Below, one piece after another: positions 38,491 through 48,099 of a stretch of 52,230 nt of DNA. Below the pieces are notes generated by a model. That model had not been told where the DNA came from. It saw only the letters and a program-made list of their open reading frames with translations, and searched no databases. Position numbers and translations under genes: made by a program. Within the stretch, counting starts at the first letter, position 1. Each line of letters opens with the position of its first letter. This DNA is from Oceanicaulis sp. (GTDB lineage: Bacteria > Pseudomonadota > Alphaproteobacteria > Caulobacterales > Maricaulaceae): assembly GCA_051859425.1 (NCBI GenBank), contig JBHYFR010000001.1, positions 1-52,230 on the forward strand. Reading direction: 5' to 3'.

Positions 38491-39305
38491 GCGCACTGAC
38501 CGCCGAAGCTGAACAGGCCGCCCGCGCGCCGCGCCGGGCCGGGCCGGTGATCGCCATCGCGTCGGGCAAGGGCGGGGTGGGCAAGACCGCGCTGACGCTG
38601 GCGCTGGCGCGAGCCTTTTCCCAGCGCAAGGCGCGCACGCTGGTGGTGGATGCCGATCTGGGCATGGCCAATATCGATGTGCAGCTGGGACTTAACCCGC
38701 CCGGCGATCTGGGCGCGGTGGTGGCCGGTCGCCTGACCCTGGCTGAAGCAGTGGCCCCGGCCTGCGGCGGATCGCACAAGGCGGGCGGATTTGATGTCAT
38801 CGCCGGGCCGTCCGGATCAGCCTCGCTCGCCGGGCTCGACATCGGGGCGGTGGGGCGCCTGGCGGCCGGGCTGGCGGCGGCGTCCATGGGCTATGACCGC
38901 ACGCTGATTGATCTGGCCGCCGGCGCCGAGCGGGCCAATATCCGCCTGGCCGTGGCCGCTGACGATGTGCTCGTGGTGATCAATGACGAGCCGACCTCGC
39001 TGACCGACGCCTATGCCTTTGTGAAAACCCTGCGCCTGCGCGATGAGGGCGCGGCCCCCTTCGTGGTGGTCAATAACGCGCCCGACAAGGCAGCCGCCCA
39101 GACCGCCTACGCCATGTTTGCGCGCACGTGTGAGAGCTTTCTGGGCTTCCGGCCCCTGCTGGCCGGGATCATCCGGCGCGACCCCCACGTGCCCGGCGCC
39201 ATCCGTGCCCAGACGGCGCTCGACCAGCGCTTTCCCGGCACCGATGCGGCCAAGGACGCGGGCGTTCTTGCGCGTGCGCTGGAGCGCGGCGTCGAGCCGG
39301 GATAG
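38487..39305 (+). CDS. flhG: MinD/ParA-family ATPase, FlhG/FleN-like
   Basis: IAIASGKGGVGKT, VDADLGMANIDVQLG, EPTSLTDAYAFVK; translationally coupled to flhF. Confidence 0.82.
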   Translation: MSALTAEAEQAARAPRRAGPVIAIASGKGGVGKTALTLALARAFSQRKARTLVVDADLGMANIDVQLGLNPPGDLGAVVAGRLTLAEAVAPACGGSHKAGGFDVIAGPSGSASLAGLDIGAVGRLAAGLAAASMGYDRTLIDLAAGAERANIRLAVAADDVLVVINDEPTSLTDAYAFVKTLRLRDEGAAPFVVVNNAPDKAAAQTAYAMFARTCESFLGFRPLLAGIIRRDPHVPGAIRAQTALDQRFPGTDAAKDAGVLARALERGVEPG

Positions 39306-39334
39306 ACTGACCCTCCAACTCCAAGGGGGACGTC

Positions 39335-39913
39335 ATGATTCGCCGGGGATTCCTGCTCGTACTGGCCGGTGCGCTGGCGGCGGCGCCGACCCTGTCCCTC
39401 TGCGGGGCGCAGGCGCAGGAAGGCGAGGCCGGGTTCGAGGGTCAGGCCGAAGCCTGTATCGACTTCACCGCTTTCACCTTTGATCTGTTCGAGGCGGGCG
39501 CCGTGCTGGCCGCGCCGGCGCTGGAAACCCCTGATGCGCGCGCTGATGCGGCGGTGTTCGCGGACGGGTCGGTGGTGGTCATTGCCGCAGATTTCTGTGT
39601 CGACCCGGCTTTTCAGGTCACGGCGCGTTTTGCGGCGCCCCAGGGCATTGAGGCGGCGCGCGAGCGGCTGGGCTGGCTGTTTGCGGCGGTCGACAGCGCG
39701 ACCGGGTGCAATCCGGGCGGCGATGGCGCAGCGGCGGTGGACGCCGCCGCCCGCCAGCTCGCCGCCGGCCGCGATATCGAGCCCTCCGATGCGCCCTTCC
39801 ACGAAACCGATGACGGCGCGGTCTATCTGGCGGTGACGCTGGAGGGCGGGCAGGCGCTGGCCAGCCTGGTGTGTGAGGATTACGCCAGCCTCGCCGCGGA
39901 TGCGGAGGACTAG
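39335..39913 (+). CDS. Hypothetical exported acidic protein with a possible Tat signal
   Basis: MIRRGFLL...AQA signal, GGGGGA RBS. Confidence 0.6.
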   Translation: MIRRGFLLVLAGALAAAPTLSLCGAQAQEGEAGFEGQAEACIDFTAFTFDLFEAGAVLAAPALETPDARADAAVFADGSVVVIAADFCVDPAFQVTARFAAPQGIEAARERLGWLFAAVDSATGCNPGGDGAAAVDAAARQLAAGRDIEPSDAPFHETDDGAVYLAVTLEGGQALASLVCEDYASLAADAED

Positions 39914-39916
39914 GCG

Positions 39917-40240
39917 ATGGGCGCCGACCCGGTTTCGTTGCTGCTGGCGGGGTTCACGTTCTTTGACGTGTCCTTCATCGCCATGGCGTCCATCGTCTCC
40001 GCGCTGGTCATGCGGCGCTGGAGCCAGATCACCGGCGCCGCCCTGATCGCCTACGCCGTGGACGTGCTGTTACGCTTCGGCCTGGAATACGCCAGCGCCG
40101 GGGACATGCCGGCCAATTTCGCCTTTCAGCTGGCCGTCACGCGCATGGACATGAACGGGCTGGCGGCCACGCTGCGCCCGTTCCTGTATTTCGGCGCGAT
40201 CGCCCTCCTGTTCGGTCTGAAGCGGCGCTACACGCGCTAG
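39917..40240 (+). CDS. Hypothetical membrane protein (about 3 TM)
   Basis: Hydrophobic 107-aa ORF starting 3 bp after the previous gene. Confidence 0.65.
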   Translation: MGADPVSLLLAGFTFFDVSFIAMASIVSALVMRRWSQITGAALIAYAVDVLLRFGLEYASAGDMPANFAFQLAVTRMDMNGLAATLRPFLYFGAIALLFGLKRRYTR

Positions 40241-40257
40241 CGCCGCTTCAGACCTGA

Positions 40258-42012
40258 TCAGGGCTGGCTCACCACGCCTTCGCGGCGCGGATCGGCGGCG
40301 CCGTCCAGGGCGCCGTCTTCACCCACGCGGATGATGTGGATGCCGGAGTTTTCGCCGCGCTCGCCATCAATCTGGAAGCCGCGCGCGCGCAGGGCTTCGA
40401 GAATGTCCGCATCGAACCCGCGCTCGATATTCACCACATCGCCGCGCGCCACGACATTGGGCAGATCGGCCGCCGCCTGGGCGCTCAGGCCCCAGTCGAG
40501 CATGGCCACCAGCGTCTTGGCGGTGTAGGCGATGATGGAGTTTCCGCCCGGTGAACCGGTGGCGAGCACGAAGTCGCCGTCCGCATCAAACACGATGGTG
40601 GGCGACATGGAGGAGCGCGGACGCTTGCCCGGCGCGGGCGCATTGGGGTGCGCGCGGCCCGCCGCGTCACGCGGCACGAAGGCGAAGTCGGTGAGCTGGT
40701 TGTTCAGAAGAAACCCGCCCTCGGTCATGCGGTTATTGCCGAACCCCGCCTCCACCGTGGTGGTCATGGAGACCACGTTTCCAAACGTGTCGCGGATGGT
40801 GAAATGGGTGGTGCCCCGGTTGTCCGGCGTGGTGTCGGGTGCCGTTTCCGGCGCGCCGGGAGGCGTGCCATGGCTGATGGCCGCGATGGCGCCGCCTTCG
40901 GGATCAATCAGTGCGCGGCGCGTGGCGAGATAGTCGCGATCGAGAAGGCCGGCCACCGGCACGTCGACGAAATCGGCGTCACCCACATACTGGTCCCGGT
41001 CGGCATAGGCCAGGCGGCTGGCCTCGATGAACAGGCGCCAGCCCTCCACCGTATCGGGGCCATGTTCGCTCATGTCGAAGCCTTCCAGGATCGTCATGAT
41101 CGCCCCCACCGCAATGGCGCCCGACGAGGGCGGCGGCGCCGAGCAGACCAGATAGACCCGGTAGGGCGCGCACAGCGCCTCGCGCCGCACCGGTTCATAC
41201 CCGGCCAGATCCTCCAGCGTGATCACGCCGGGCAGGGGCTCTTCAGCGGCCGTGTCGATAATCTGCTGCGCGATGTCGCCGGTGTAGAAATTGCGCCAGT
41301 CAGCGGCCACGGCGGTCAGCGTGGCGGCATAGCCCGGATTGGTCAGCACATGGCCGGCGGGCCAGGCATTGCCCTCGGGGTCGTAGAAATAGTCGCGCGA
41401 CTGCTCCCGGCGCGCCAGCGAGGAGATCTGGCGCACGCGCTGGGCCAGGGATGACAGGCGCGGCGACACCTCAAACCCCTCCTGCGCCAGAGTGATGCCG
41501 GCCTCGAAGCCTTCGGCCCAGTCCAGCCGTCCATGATCGCCATGGGCCATGGCCAGCATGGCGATGGCGCCGGGCACGCCGGTGGAGCGCCCGCTCTGCC
41601 AGGCGTCGATAAAGCCTACAGGCTCGCCATTCTCATCGAGCCACATGTCCTCGGTCGCGCTGGCCGGGGCGGTCTCGCGTCCGTCATAGACAAGGGTTTC
41701 GCCCGTCGCCGCGTCATAGCGCACCAGAAATGCGCCCCCGGCGATGCCGGAGCTTTGCGGCTCGACCAGACCGAGAACCACCTGTACCGCGATGGCCGCG
41801 TCCACTGCGTCGCCGCCCCGGCGCAGCGCCTCCAGACCGGCCTCCACCGCATCGGGATGGGCCGCCGTCACCATGGCTTCAACCGGCGCGGCCTGCGCCG
41901 GCGCCTGGGCGGTCCCGGCCGGGGTCTGCGGGGCCTCCGTGTCCGGCGCGCCGCAGGCGGTCAGCCACAGAGCGGCGCCGGTCAGGGCGGTCAAGCGGGT
42001 CAGGTGAAGCAT
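40258..42012 (-). CDS. ggt: Gamma-glutamyltransferase (lipoprotein)
   Basis: LTAC lipobox, LVEPQSSGIAGG, DGRETAP, GTTHFTI (Thr nucleophile), LNNQLTDF, PGKRPRSSMSP, GSPGG. Confidence 0.95.
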   Translation of the reverse strand: MLHLTRLTALTGAALWLTACGAPDTEAPQTPAGTAQAPAQAAPVEAMVTAAHPDAVEAGLEALRRGGDAVDAAIAVQVVLGLVEPQSSGIAGGAFLVRYDAATGETLVYDGRETAPASATEDMWLDENGEPVGFIDAWQSGRSTGVPGAIAMLAMAHGDHGRLDWAEGFEAGITLAQEGFEVSPRLSSLAQRVRQISSLARREQSRDYFYDPEGNAWPAGHVLTNPGYAATLTAVAADWRNFYTGDIAQQIIDTAAEEPLPGVITLEDLAGYEPVRREALCAPYRVYLVCSAPPPSSGAIAVGAIMTILEGFDMSEHGPDTVEGWRLFIEASRLAYADRDQYVGDADFVDVPVAGLLDRDYLATRRALIDPEGGAIAAISHGTPPGAPETAPDTTPDNRGTTHFTIRDTFGNVVSMTTTVEAGFGNNRMTEGGFLLNNQLTDFAFVPRDAAGRAHPNAPAPGKRPRSSMSPTIVFDADGDFVLATGSPGGNSIIAYTAKTLVAMLDWGLSAQAAADLPNVVARGDVVNIERGFDADILEALRARGFQIDGERGENSGIHIIRVGEDGALDGAADPRREGVVSQP

Positions 42013-42046
42013 GGGCAGGTCCTTTCAACGCATGGGACAGTCAGGT

Positions 42047-42991
42047 CTAGACGCCGGCGGCCTCGAAGGGGCCGGCCAGGTCTTTGAGGGTATCGATGAC
42101 GCTGCGCGCCGCGCGCGGCAAGGGGCGGGTCTCTGGCGACAGGATATAATAGCCCCAGTCCAGCGCCGTCACCCCGTCCGCCACCAGGCTGACCAGTGCG
42201 CCGCTGGTGATGGCGCCGTCGGCCAGGCTGCGGCGCACCAGGGCGGCGCCGCGCCCCGCAACCGCAGCGGCCACCACATGTTCGGGCCGGGCATAATGGT
42301 CACCGGCGGCGAGATCCGGCCGCACCAGGCGCCGGCGGTCCAGCCAGGCGCGCCAGTCCGGCTGGGCCGGATCGCGTCCCGGGCTCATGTCGTGGATCAG
42401 GGGCAGGGCGGTCAGCGCCGCACGCCAGTCTCCCCCGAACGGGGCGAGCAGGTCCGGCGCGGCGGCTGGCGCCAGGCTTTCTGTCAGCAGCCGCACCGCC
42501 CGGTAGCCGGGCCACGGGCCGGGGCCGTAGCGAATGTCCAGATCCAGCCGGAACCGGTCGAGATCTTCCGGCGCCGGGTCCGCCATCAGATCGATGTCAG
42601 AACCCGCCAGGCGCGGCGCCAGCCAGGAGGCGGCCAGGGCGCCGGGAGCGCCCAGGCGCACCCGCGCGCTCACCCCGGCCTCATGACGCAATAACCGGCT
42701 CGCCTCGGCGAGGCCCGCAAAGGCTTCATTAAGCGCGGGCGCCGCGCCGGCCGCGCCCACCGTCAGGGACACGCCGCGGCCCTGACGTTCCAGAAGGCGG
42801 ACTTTCAGAACATCCTCCAGAAGGCGAATTTGCTGGGATACGGCGCCCGGCGTGACACCCAGCTCCCTCGCAGCTGCAGCAACGCTGCCGCGCCGCGCCA
42901 CCGCCTCGAACGCTCGCAGCGCATTGAGTGGAAGCAGGGACCCGGCGTGCCGGTCCTCTGGCTCAATGTTTAGCAAATCTGGGGGTCCCAT
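42047..42991 (-). CDS. LysR-family regulator (GcvA-like)
   Basis: LPLNALRAFEAVARRGSVAAAARELGVTPGAVSQQIRLLE; DLDIRYGPGPWPG. Confidence 0.92.
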   Translation of the reverse strand: MGPPDLLNIEPEDRHAGSLLPLNALRAFEAVARRGSVAAAARELGVTPGAVSQQIRLLEDVLKVRLLERQGRGVSLTVGAAGAAPALNEAFAGLAEASRLLRHEAGVSARVRLGAPGALAASWLAPRLAGSDIDLMADPAPEDLDRFRLDLDIRYGPGPWPGYRAVRLLTESLAPAAAPDLLAPFGGDWRAALTALPLIHDMSPGRDPAQPDWRAWLDRRRLVRPDLAAGDHYARPEHVVAAAVAGRGAALVRRSLADGAITSGALVSLVADGVTALDWGYYILSPETRPLPRAARSVIDTLKDLAGPFEAAGV

Positions 42992-43315
42992 CAGGGAGGC
43001 TTCCTTGCTTGCAGCGCTGGTCTTCAGCTTTAAGCGCGTTTGAACACGCCTGCAAGCGCCGGGTGCCCGGGCGGTGCTTTGTGGGGGCGCGGGGTATCGG
43101 GAGGAAAGCTAAGCGATGTTGTGTTGATGCTCCCGCCGGGACCGAGTGTCGCCTTGAAGACACACCCGCCACGAAACCGTCGTAATGTTTAACGCTTGGA
43201 CTGGTAATTTCTGCCCAAGGTTACAATGTCCGAACAACTTAGCAGCCGCAATACGCCCGCCTTTCACTGAATGGCTGGCGCCCTTGCGGCGTTCCAACAG
43301 GGGAGTGAGCACACG

Positions 43316-45736
43316 ATGCGCACCTTGAAATCCACGCTTTATCTGGCTGGCGTCTCGCTGGCCGCGCTTGCGGCGGGCGCCGCTGCGGCCCAGGACGCGC
43401 CGCCGCCGCGTCAGTCCAGCGATGTCATCATCGTCACCGGCACGCGCACCGAAGGGCGCACGATCACCCAGTCGTTGGCGCCGGTGGACGTGATCTCCGC
43501 CGCTGATATTAACGCCCATGGCACCACTGAGCTGAATCAGGCGCTGGCCTACTCGCTGCCCTCGTTCAACTTTCCGCTGCCCGCGATCTCGGACGGCACC
43601 GACTCCATCCGTCCGGCCCAGCTGCGCGGTCTGGCTCCGGACCAGACCCTGATGCTGGTCAATGGCAAGCGCCGCCATGTCAGCGCGCTGTTGAACCTCA
43701 ATACCGTTGGCCGCGGCGCGGCGGCGGTGGACCTCAACTCCATCCCCACCTCGGCCATCGGCGCGGTGGAAGTGCTTCGCGATGGCGCCTCGGCCCAGTA
43801 CGGCTCGGACGCCATCGCCGGCGTGATCAATGTGCGCCTGCGCGAGGCGCGTGAGGGCGGCGGCGTGACCGCCACCTATGGCGCGCACATCACTGATGTG
43901 AACCTGCCGCGTTCCAGCCGCTCCGTGCAGGACGGCGAGACCCTGACCATTGCGGGCTGGACCGGCCTGCCGCTGGGCGCGGAAGGCTTTCTGACCCTGT
44001 CGGCCGAATACCGCGACCGTCAGCGCACGAACCGGGCCGATCTCGACACCGTCAACAATTACCCGCTGATCGGCGGCCAGCCCGACCCGCGCGAACTGAG
44101 CTTTGACCGGCTCAACTGGAACCACGGCAACGGCGATGTGCGCGACATTTCGTTCCTGGCCAATGCCGGCCTGCCCTTGGGCAATGGCGGCGAGCTTTAC
44201 GGCTTCGCCAGCTATCAGGACCGCGAGGCGCGCTCCTTCGGCTTCTACCGCCGCGCCAGCGATGCGCGCAACGTGCCCTCCATATATCCCGACGGTTTCC
44301 TGCCGGAAATCCATCCCAGCGTGACCGACTGGTCCGCCGGCGCAGGCCTGCGCGGCGATCTGGGCGAGGTGAGCTATGACCTGAGCGTGGTCCATGGCCG
44401 CAACACTGTGGATTTTGACATCCGCAATTCGCTGAACCGCTCCCTGGGCGCCACCAGCCCGACCGAGTTCTATGCCGGCCAGCTGAGCTTCCGCCAGACG
44501 GTGGTCAACGCCGATTTCGTCCAGTCCATCCCCGTGGACGGCCTGGCCAGCGCGCTGAACCTGGCCTATGGCCTTGAGTACCGCAACGAGAACTACCGCA
44601 TTGGCGAAGGTGAGCCGAATTCCTATTTCGGCGTGCCGGGCCTTGCGGGCGGCAGCCAGGTGTTCCCGGGCTTCCAGCCCCAGAACGCCATCAATGAAAG
44701 CCGGGATTCCTGGGGCGCGTATGTGGACCTGGAAGCCGACATCACTGATCGCCTGACCCTGTCGGGCGCGGTGCGTTACGAGAACTATTCCGACTTCGGC
44801 GATACGCTGAACGCCAAGATCGCGGGCCGTTTCGAACTGAACGAAGCGGCGGCGCTGCGCGGCTCGATCAGCACCGGCTTCCGTGCCCCGTCCCTGCACC
44901 AGAGCCACTACACGGCGACCTCGACGGTGTTCATCAACAACGTGGCCACCGAGACGGGCACGTTCGCGGTGGACAGCCCGATTGCGCGGGCCCTGGGATC
45001 GCAGGATCTCGAGCCGGAAACCTCGGTCAACTACTCGCTGGGCCTGGTGTTCCAGCAAGGCGGGTTCGTGCTGACCATTGACGGCTACCGTATCGAGATC
45101 GACGACCGCATCCTGCTGTCGGAAAACCTCAACCAGGCCAATGTAGTGGCGCTTCTGCCCGCTGGTGTGGGCGCGGCCCGCTTCTTCCTGAACGCGGCTG
45201 ACTCGGTGACCCAGGGCGTCGATATCGTCGCCAACTATTCCTGGGACACCGAAAACCTGGGCAGCTTCCGCGCCACGGCGGCGGCCAACTTCACCGACAC
45301 CGAGTTGAGCAATATCCAGTCGACCAATGTGCTGTCCTCGCTTAATCCGGCCCCAGTCCTGTTCTCCCGCATCAATATCGGGCGTCAGGAAACCGGCTCT
45401 CCGCGTAACAAGTACATCCTGGGCCTGGACTGGAACCGGGAGAATCTGGGCGGCCTGATCCGCGCCAGCCGGTTTGGCAATGTGGAAGTGCTCGCCGGCA
45501 ACCCGGCGCTGGACTACACGCTGGCCTCCCAGTGGGTTGTGGACATTGAAGGCTCGGTGCAGTTGTTCGAGAACACCCGGTTCGCGCTGGGCGCCAATAA
45601 CGTGTTCGACAGCTATCCGACCCAGAACCCGAACTTCAACGTGGCCACCGGACCCACGCCGTTCATCTACAACGCCTTCTCACCGGCGGGCTTCAACGGC
45701 CGCTATGTGTATGGCCGCTTGAGCGTGTCCTGGTAA
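43316..45736 (+). CDS. TonB-dependent receptor
   Basis: Signal peptide, TonB box DVIIVTG, plug VEVLRDGASAQYGSDAIAGVIN, terminal aromatic W. Confidence 0.94.
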   Translation: MRTLKSTLYLAGVSLAALAAGAAAAQDAPPPRQSSDVIIVTGTRTEGRTITQSLAPVDVISAADINAHGTTELNQALAYSLPSFNFPLPAISDGTDSIRPAQLRGLAPDQTLMLVNGKRRHVSALLNLNTVGRGAAAVDLNSIPTSAIGAVEVLRDGASAQYGSDAIAGVINVRLREAREGGGVTATYGAHITDVNLPRSSRSVQDGETLTIAGWTGLPLGAEGFLTLSAEYRDRQRTNRADLDTVNNYPLIGGQPDPRELSFDRLNWNHGNGDVRDISFLANAGLPLGNGGELYGFASYQDREARSFGFYRRASDARNVPSIYPDGFLPEIHPSVTDWSAGAGLRGDLGEVSYDLSVVHGRNTVDFDIRNSLNRSLGATSPTEFYAGQLSFRQTVVNADFVQSIPVDGLASALNLAYGLEYRNENYRIGEGEPNSYFGVPGLAGGSQVFPGFQPQNAINESRDSWGAYVDLEADITDRLTLSGAVRYENYSDFGDTLNAKIAGRFELNEAAALRGSISTGFRAPSLHQSHYTATSTVFINNVATETGTFAVDSPIARALGSQDLEPETSVNYSLGLVFQQGGFVLTIDGYRIEIDDRILLSENLNQANVVALLPAGVGAARFFLNAADSVTQGVDIVANYSWDTENLGSFRATAAANFTDTELSNIQSTNVLSSLNPAPVLFSRINIGRQETGSPRNKYILGLDWNRENLGGLIRASRFGNVEVLAGNPALDYTLASQWVVDIEGSVQLFENTRFALGANNVFDSYPTQNPNFNVATGPTPFIYNAFSPAGFNGRYVYGRLSVSW

Positions 45737-45773
45737 ATAACGCGCTGCCCGCTTGAGGGCTGCGCCAGAGCGA

Positions 45774-45808
45774 TCGCCCCCGTCCGGACTGGTCCGGGCG
45801 GGGGTTGT
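45774..45808 (+). terminator. GC-rich hairpin after the TonB-dependent receptor gene
   Basis: GCCCCCGTCCGGAC-tg-GTCCGGGCGGGGGT stem with only a weak U tail. Confidence 0.5.
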
Positions 45809-45854
45809 CGTCTGGGGACTGCCCAGACGCGCGCCAACCGGCTAAAGGGCGCGC

Positions 45855-47171
45855 ATGAGCGAGCTTCAACTCACCCGCCGCGCCGTCGTCATGCGCACGC
45901 TGCCGATCATGGGCGCCAATGTGGCCGCGCCCCTGGTGGGGCTGGTGGATCTGGCGGTGATCGGCAATACCGGCCAGACCGGCGCCATTGCGGCGGTGGC
46001 GCTGGGCACGCTTGTCTTCAACATGCTGTACTGGTCGCTGGGCTTTCTGCGCATGGGCGCGACGGCGCTGGCGGCGCAAGCCGATGGCGCCGGCCGGCCC
46101 GGCGCCGTACGCACGGTGCTGTACCGCGCCCTGATCCTGGCGGGCGGGTTAGGCGTGATCTTTATCGCCGCGCAATGGCCGCTGCGCGAAGCGGCGCTCG
46201 CCCTTTTCAGCGCCGGGCCGGAGGTGGCCGCCGACACCCGCGCCTATATCGATGCGCGCATCTGGGGCGCGCCCGCGGCGCTGGCCGGTTTCGCCATCTA
46301 TGGCTGGCTGATCGGGCTGGGCCTGACGGGTCGGGCGCTGATCCTGCAGATCGCGCTCAATCTCGCCAACGCGGCTTTGTCGGTCTGGTTCGTGTTCGGG
46401 CTGGACTGGGGCGTGGCGGGGGTGGCCGGCGCCAGCGCGCTGGCCCAGTGGCTGCATCTGGGCCTGGCCGCTGTTGTGATCGCAGGGGTGCTGCGCGCGC
46501 GGGGCCGCGCTGCGCCCGAACGCGTGTTTGACCGGGCCGGGCTGATCCGGCTGTTCGCGGTCAATCGTGATCTGTTCGTGCGCACCCTGGCCCTTCTGGC
46601 CGGTTTCTACTGGTTCAACGAGGCCAGCCTGCGCGAGGGCGCCGACGTGCTGGCGGGCAACGCCATCCTCTTGCAATACATCGCCATCAGCGCCTTTGTC
46701 CTCGACGCTTTCGCCCATGTGGCCGAAGCCGAGACGGGGCGGGCGGCCGGGGCGCGCGACTGGGCCCGGCTCAAACGCGCCTTCCGCCTGACCAGCGAGA
46801 TGGCGCTGGGCGGCGCATTGATCCTGTCGCTGGCGTTTCTGGTATCGGGCGAGGCGTTCATCCTGGCCATGACCAGCGATCCGGCGGCGCGGGAGATGGC
46901 GCTCAGCGCGCTGGTCTTCTGCGCGCTGGTTCCGCTGGTGGGCTGGCCCAGCTGGCAGCTGGACGGGCTGATGATCGGGACCACGCGCGGCGCGCTGATG
47001 CGCAACGCCATGATCGCCGCGCTGGTGATTTATCTGGCGCTGGATCTGACCCTGCGACCGGCGTTTGGCGTGACCGGGCTTTGGCTGGCGTTTCTGGGAT
47101 ATTATGTGGCGCGGGCGGGCACGCTGGCCGTGGGCCTGCCGGGGCTGAAACGCGCGGTCACAGGCTCCTGA
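45855..47171 (+). CDS. MATE family efflux transporter (DinF-like)
   Basis: PLVGLVDLAVIG, LGFLRMGAT, NRDLFVRT, LDGLMIG; about 12 TM. Confidence 0.92.
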   Translation: MSELQLTRRAVVMRTLPIMGANVAAPLVGLVDLAVIGNTGQTGAIAAVALGTLVFNMLYWSLGFLRMGATALAAQADGAGRPGAVRTVLYRALILAGGLGVIFIAAQWPLREAALALFSAGPEVAADTRAYIDARIWGAPAALAGFAIYGWLIGLGLTGRALILQIALNLANAALSVWFVFGLDWGVAGVAGASALAQWLHLGLAAVVIAGVLRARGRAAPERVFDRAGLIRLFAVNRDLFVRTLALLAGFYWFNEASLREGADVLAGNAILLQYIAISAFVLDAFAHVAEAETGRAAGARDWARLKRAFRLTSEMALGGALILSLAFLVSGEAFILAMTSDPAAREMALSALVFCALVPLVGWPSWQLDGLMIGTTRGALMRNAMIAALVIYLALDLTLRPAFGVTGLWLAFLGYYVARAGTLAVGLPGLKRAVTGS

Positions 47172-47172
47172 T

Positions 47173-47225
47173 GTATCGCATTTTCGAACCGCGAAACCGG
47201 TCCCCACTTTCGCTGAAAATGCTCC
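47173..47225. repeat. CIR/RIME-like alphaproteobacterial intergenic palindromic element (single unit)
   Basis: GCATTTTC...GAAAATGC terminal inverted repeats around the core AAAGTGGGGACCGGTTT (minus strand), between convergent genes. Confidence 0.65.
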
Positions 47226-47226
47226 T

Positions 47227-48057
47227 TTAAAGCCCGAACCGGCTCCACACCGCGCGCAGCTCCACCTGATCCAGCGCCGCGCCCATGAAGCGGGACAGAA
47301 CGCCGGCGCGCGCCGGGGCCAGCGCGCGGACGCGCACCTTGTCGCCGAAGCGGCGCTTCAATTCGCTGCGCGCCTCGCCCAGAGCGTCGATCAGGCCAAG
47401 CTCCAGCGCCTCGGCGCCGGTATAGACCGAGCCGTCAAACAGCTCGGCTCCGTCTTTGAGCTTGTCGCCGCGCCGCGCTTTGACATGAGCGATGAACTGA
47501 TCGTGCATCGCCTCCATCAGCCGGGTCAGGGCAGCGGCCTGATCCTTTGTCTCCGGGCTGAACGGATCGGCGAGCAGCTTGGACTTGCCGGCGGTCTTCA
47601 CCCGGCGCTCCACGCCCAGCCGGTCCATGGCGCCGGTAAAGCCGAAGCCGGCGCTGATCACGCCGATGGAGCCGACGATGGAGGCCGGGTCGGCGAAAAT
47701 CTCGTCGCCTGCACACGCGATCCAGTAGCCGCCCGACGCAGCCACATCCTCGCAGAACACCAGCACGGTCTTCTCTTTCTCCGTGGCCAGGGCGCGGATG
47801 CGGTCATGGATCAGGCGCGATTGCACCGGGCTGCCGCCGGGCGAATTGACGCTGATCGCCACGGCTGCGGCGCTGGTGTCGGCGAAGGCCTTGTCCAGAA
47901 GCTTTTCCAGCCGGTTCAGGCACAGCGCGCTCGAATTGCGCCCGCCCGACGCGATCATGCCTTCCAGCCGGATCAGCGGCACGCTCGGGGCGTCCCCGCC
48001 CACCAGCTTGCGCAGGGCGCGCGCAGCGCGGTCAAATTCGTCGCGGATGAAGGACAT
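47227..48057 (-). CDS. S49 family peptidase (SppA/SohB-like)
   Basis: VNSPGGSPVQS, DVAASGGYWIA, SIVGSIGVI. Confidence 0.92.
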   Translation of the reverse strand: MSFIRDEFDRAARALRKLVGGDAPSVPLIRLEGMIASGGRNSSALCLNRLEKLLDKAFADTSAAAVAISVNSPGGSPVQSRLIHDRIRALATEKEKTVLVFCEDVAASGGYWIACAGDEIFADPASIVGSIGVISAGFGFTGAMDRLGVERRVKTAGKSKLLADPFSPETKDQAAALTRLMEAMHDQFIAHVKARRGDKLKDGAELFDGSVYTGAEALELGLIDALGEARSELKRRFGDKVRVRALAPARAGVLSRFMGAALDQVELRAVWSRFGL

Positions 48058-48099
48058 GGCGGCTCCAGTGGCGTGATCAGGCTCTCTGACTTGGCGTGT

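Noticed and set aside
42992-43315. Possible riboswitch upstream of the TonB-dependent receptor
   Set aside because: No cobalamin or TPP consensus elements recognised by eye; an Rfam/Infernal scan would settle it
43109-45058. 649-aa ORF antisense to the TonB-dependent receptor
   Set aside because: Shadow ORF produced by high-GC codon bias; no recognisable motifs; fully overlaps a clear gene
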